Assembly: GCA_963777955.1 (NCBI GenBank)
Contig: CAVZSQ010000019.1
Location: forward strand, 96,001-160,000
DNA: 64,000 bases
From: Calditrichia bacterium
Lineage (GTDB): Bacteria; Calditrichota; Calditrichia; JAJRVZ01
Reading direction: 5' to 3'
Shown: piece after piece, positions 62,501 through 64,000 of the stretch
How the letters are laid out: every line of letters starts with the position of its first letter
How positions within the stretch are numbered: the first letter of the stretch is position 1
Position numbers and translations under genes: made by a program
The notes under the pieces: generated by a model
Told to the model about the DNA's origin: nothing
Seen by the model: the letters and a program-made list of their open reading frames with translations, nothing else
Database searches by the model: none

Positions 62501-63851
62501 TTTCCGGGCGTTTTATTCCGTACTTCTGCAATTTTTTATAGATGGTAACCCGATCTATGTCCAGTACTCGGGCAGCATTAGAAATATTCCAGTTATTTTT
62601 TTCCAGTACACTGATAATATGCGCTTTTTCAACATCGTCCAGTGACAGGGTGGTTTTAAACGAAGTCTGCAATTCAACATGGTTAAGCAGGAAATCTGCG
62701 CCGTTCAGAACATCGTCCTGTGTTACCACCATAGCCCTTTCGATGGCGTTTTCCAGTTCCCGCACATTCCCTTTCCAGGGATATTTCATCAGCATTTGCA
62801 AAGCAGCAGGGGCAATGCCTTCCACCGCTTTGTTCATTTTGGCGCGGTAATGGGCGATAAAATGCTCAACTAATTCAGGAATGTCTTCCGGCCGCTCACG
62901 TAAAGGTTTAATGTTGATCGTATACACCTGTAAGCGGTAATACAGATCTTCGCGGAATTTTCCATCCTTCACGAATTCTTCCAGATTGGTATTGGTAGCC
63001 GAAATCACCCTGAAATCCGATTGAATGATTTCATTGCCGCCCAGACGGGTGAATTCCCTGGTTTCGATTGCCCGCAGCAAATCCACCTGCGTTTTGGGTC
63101 CGATAGTACCGATCTCATCCAGGAATAAAGTTCCGCCGTTGGCAATTTCTAGTTTCCCTTTGCGCCGGTACATAGCCCCGGTAAAGGCTCCTTTTTCATG
63201 TCCGAATAATTCACTCTCCAGCAGGGTTTCGGTCATCGCCCCGCAATTAACCGTAACGATGGGAAAGAAACGTCGATCGCTCTGGGCATGAATGGCCTGG
63301 GCTACCAGTTCTTTGCCGGTGCCGCTTTCGCCGCGGATCATCACCGTTGTCGAAGTCTTAGCCACGGTTTCGATCAGTTTCTTGACCTCGGCAATATAAC
63401 GGCTTTTGCCGATTATCTCCGGCGGCCGGGTCAACTCTTCCAGACTTCCTTTCAAACCGATGTTCTCAATGGTCAGGCGCCGCTGTTTTTCCGCATTACG
63501 GACCAGATGACTTAAACTATCGGGATCGAACGGCTTGGTGATATAATCAAAAGCCCCTTCTTTTAAAGCCTGTACGGCAGTATCTACCGCTGCGTAGGCC
63601 GTGATCATGATTACCACGGCATCTTTGTCAATTTCTCTGATGCGCCGGTGCAATTCCATGCCATCCATTCCCGGCATTTTAATATCGATAAAATAAATAT
63701 CCCAGCGGGTCGTACTCATTTTGTTCAGGGCTTCTACCGCATCCCGCGCTGTATCGACCTGATAACCATCTTCCGTAAACCAGCCGGACAATGACTCGCG
63801 GACGATTTCTTCATCATCCACTATCAGTATTTTTACATCATTCTTAGCCAT
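62493..63851 (-). CDS. sigma54-dependent (NtrC/AtoC-family) response regulator
   Basis: Receiver DIKMPGMDG, GESGTGKE, GAFTGA, WKGNVREL, Fis HTH. Confidence 0.95.
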   Translation of the reverse strand: MAKNDVKILIVDDEEIVRESLSGWFTEDGYQVDTARDAVEALNKMSTTRWDIYFIDIKMPGMDGMELHRRIREIDKDAVVIMITAYAAVDTAVQALKEGAFDYITKPFDPDSLSHLVRNAEKQRRLTIENIGLKGSLEELTRPPEIIGKSRYIAEVKKLIETVAKTSTTVMIRGESGTGKELVAQAIHAQSDRRFFPIVTVNCGAMTETLLESELFGHEKGAFTGAMYRRKGKLEIANGGTLFLDEIGTIGPKTQVDLLRAIETREFTRLGGNEIIQSDFRVISATNTNLEEFVKDGKFREDLYYRLQVYTINIKPLRERPEDIPELVEHFIAHYRAKMNKAVEGIAPAALQMLMKYPWKGNVRELENAIERAMVVTQDDVLNGADFLLNHVELQTSFKTTLSLDDVEKAHIISVLEKNNWNISNAARVLDIDRVTIYKKLQKYGIKRPENA

Positions 63852-63853
63852 AC

Positions 63854-64000
63854 TCAGGACGCCTTTAATTGTTTAACCGGAATTTTGATGATAAAGGTAG
63901 AACCTTGATTAACTGCTGATTCGACCCAGATTTCTCCGCGGTGCCGTTGCACGATGGCATATACCGCCGAAAGTCCCAGACCCACCCCCTTAACTGCATT
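63854..64000 (-). CDS. Sensor histidine kinase, C-terminal fragment (continues beyond window)
   Basis: KGVGLGLSAVYAIVQRHRGEIWVESAVNQGSTFIIKIP HATPase_c tail. Confidence 0.9.
   Translation of the reverse strand, partial: NAVKGVGLGLSAVYAIVQRHRGEIWVESAVNQGSTFIIKIPVKQLKAS

Overview
A 64-kb bacterial chromosomal window, probably from an FCB-group organism related to Calditrichota/KSB1/Ignavibacteria (inferred from NYPNPFNP-type C-terminal sorting domains and many Gln-at-+1 signal peptides). About 25 single-base frameshifts, including in housekeeping genes, suggest long-read indel errors, so split ORFs were rejoined by eye. From left to right: (1) a ~1855-aa secreted beta-helix protein built on 3.1 near-identical 1305-bp repeats; (2) a cupredoxin/adenylate cyclase/beta-barrel operon and a secreted CxxC-repeat protein with an internal signal peptide; (3) galK, SSS transporter, xylB and nnr; (4) an AT-rich, partly decayed glycan locus; (5) yggS, tRNA-Ala(CGC) directly abutting the SRP RNA, and dnaX (A9 slippage site)-ybaB-recR; (6) yhhQ, tandem pit genes (one behind a four-repeat Pho box), DUF47, PAP2, terC and others; (7) PMM/PGM-suhB-prs. 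The standout is a ~12-kb putative extracellular electron transfer island (49.7-61.9 kb, 47 heme-c motifs). It encodes a porin, a 12-heme periplasmic cytochrome, an 11-heme CbcL-like protein, 7- and 9-heme lipoproteins and a 7-heme ImcH-like protein. A heme-motif sensor kinase and a sigma54 activator lie within it, with two sigma54 promoters and a shared enhancer-like motif visible in the DNA. Several REP-like palindrome families and heptamer microsatellites occupy intergenic spaces. No CRISPR array, integrase or transposase was seen.
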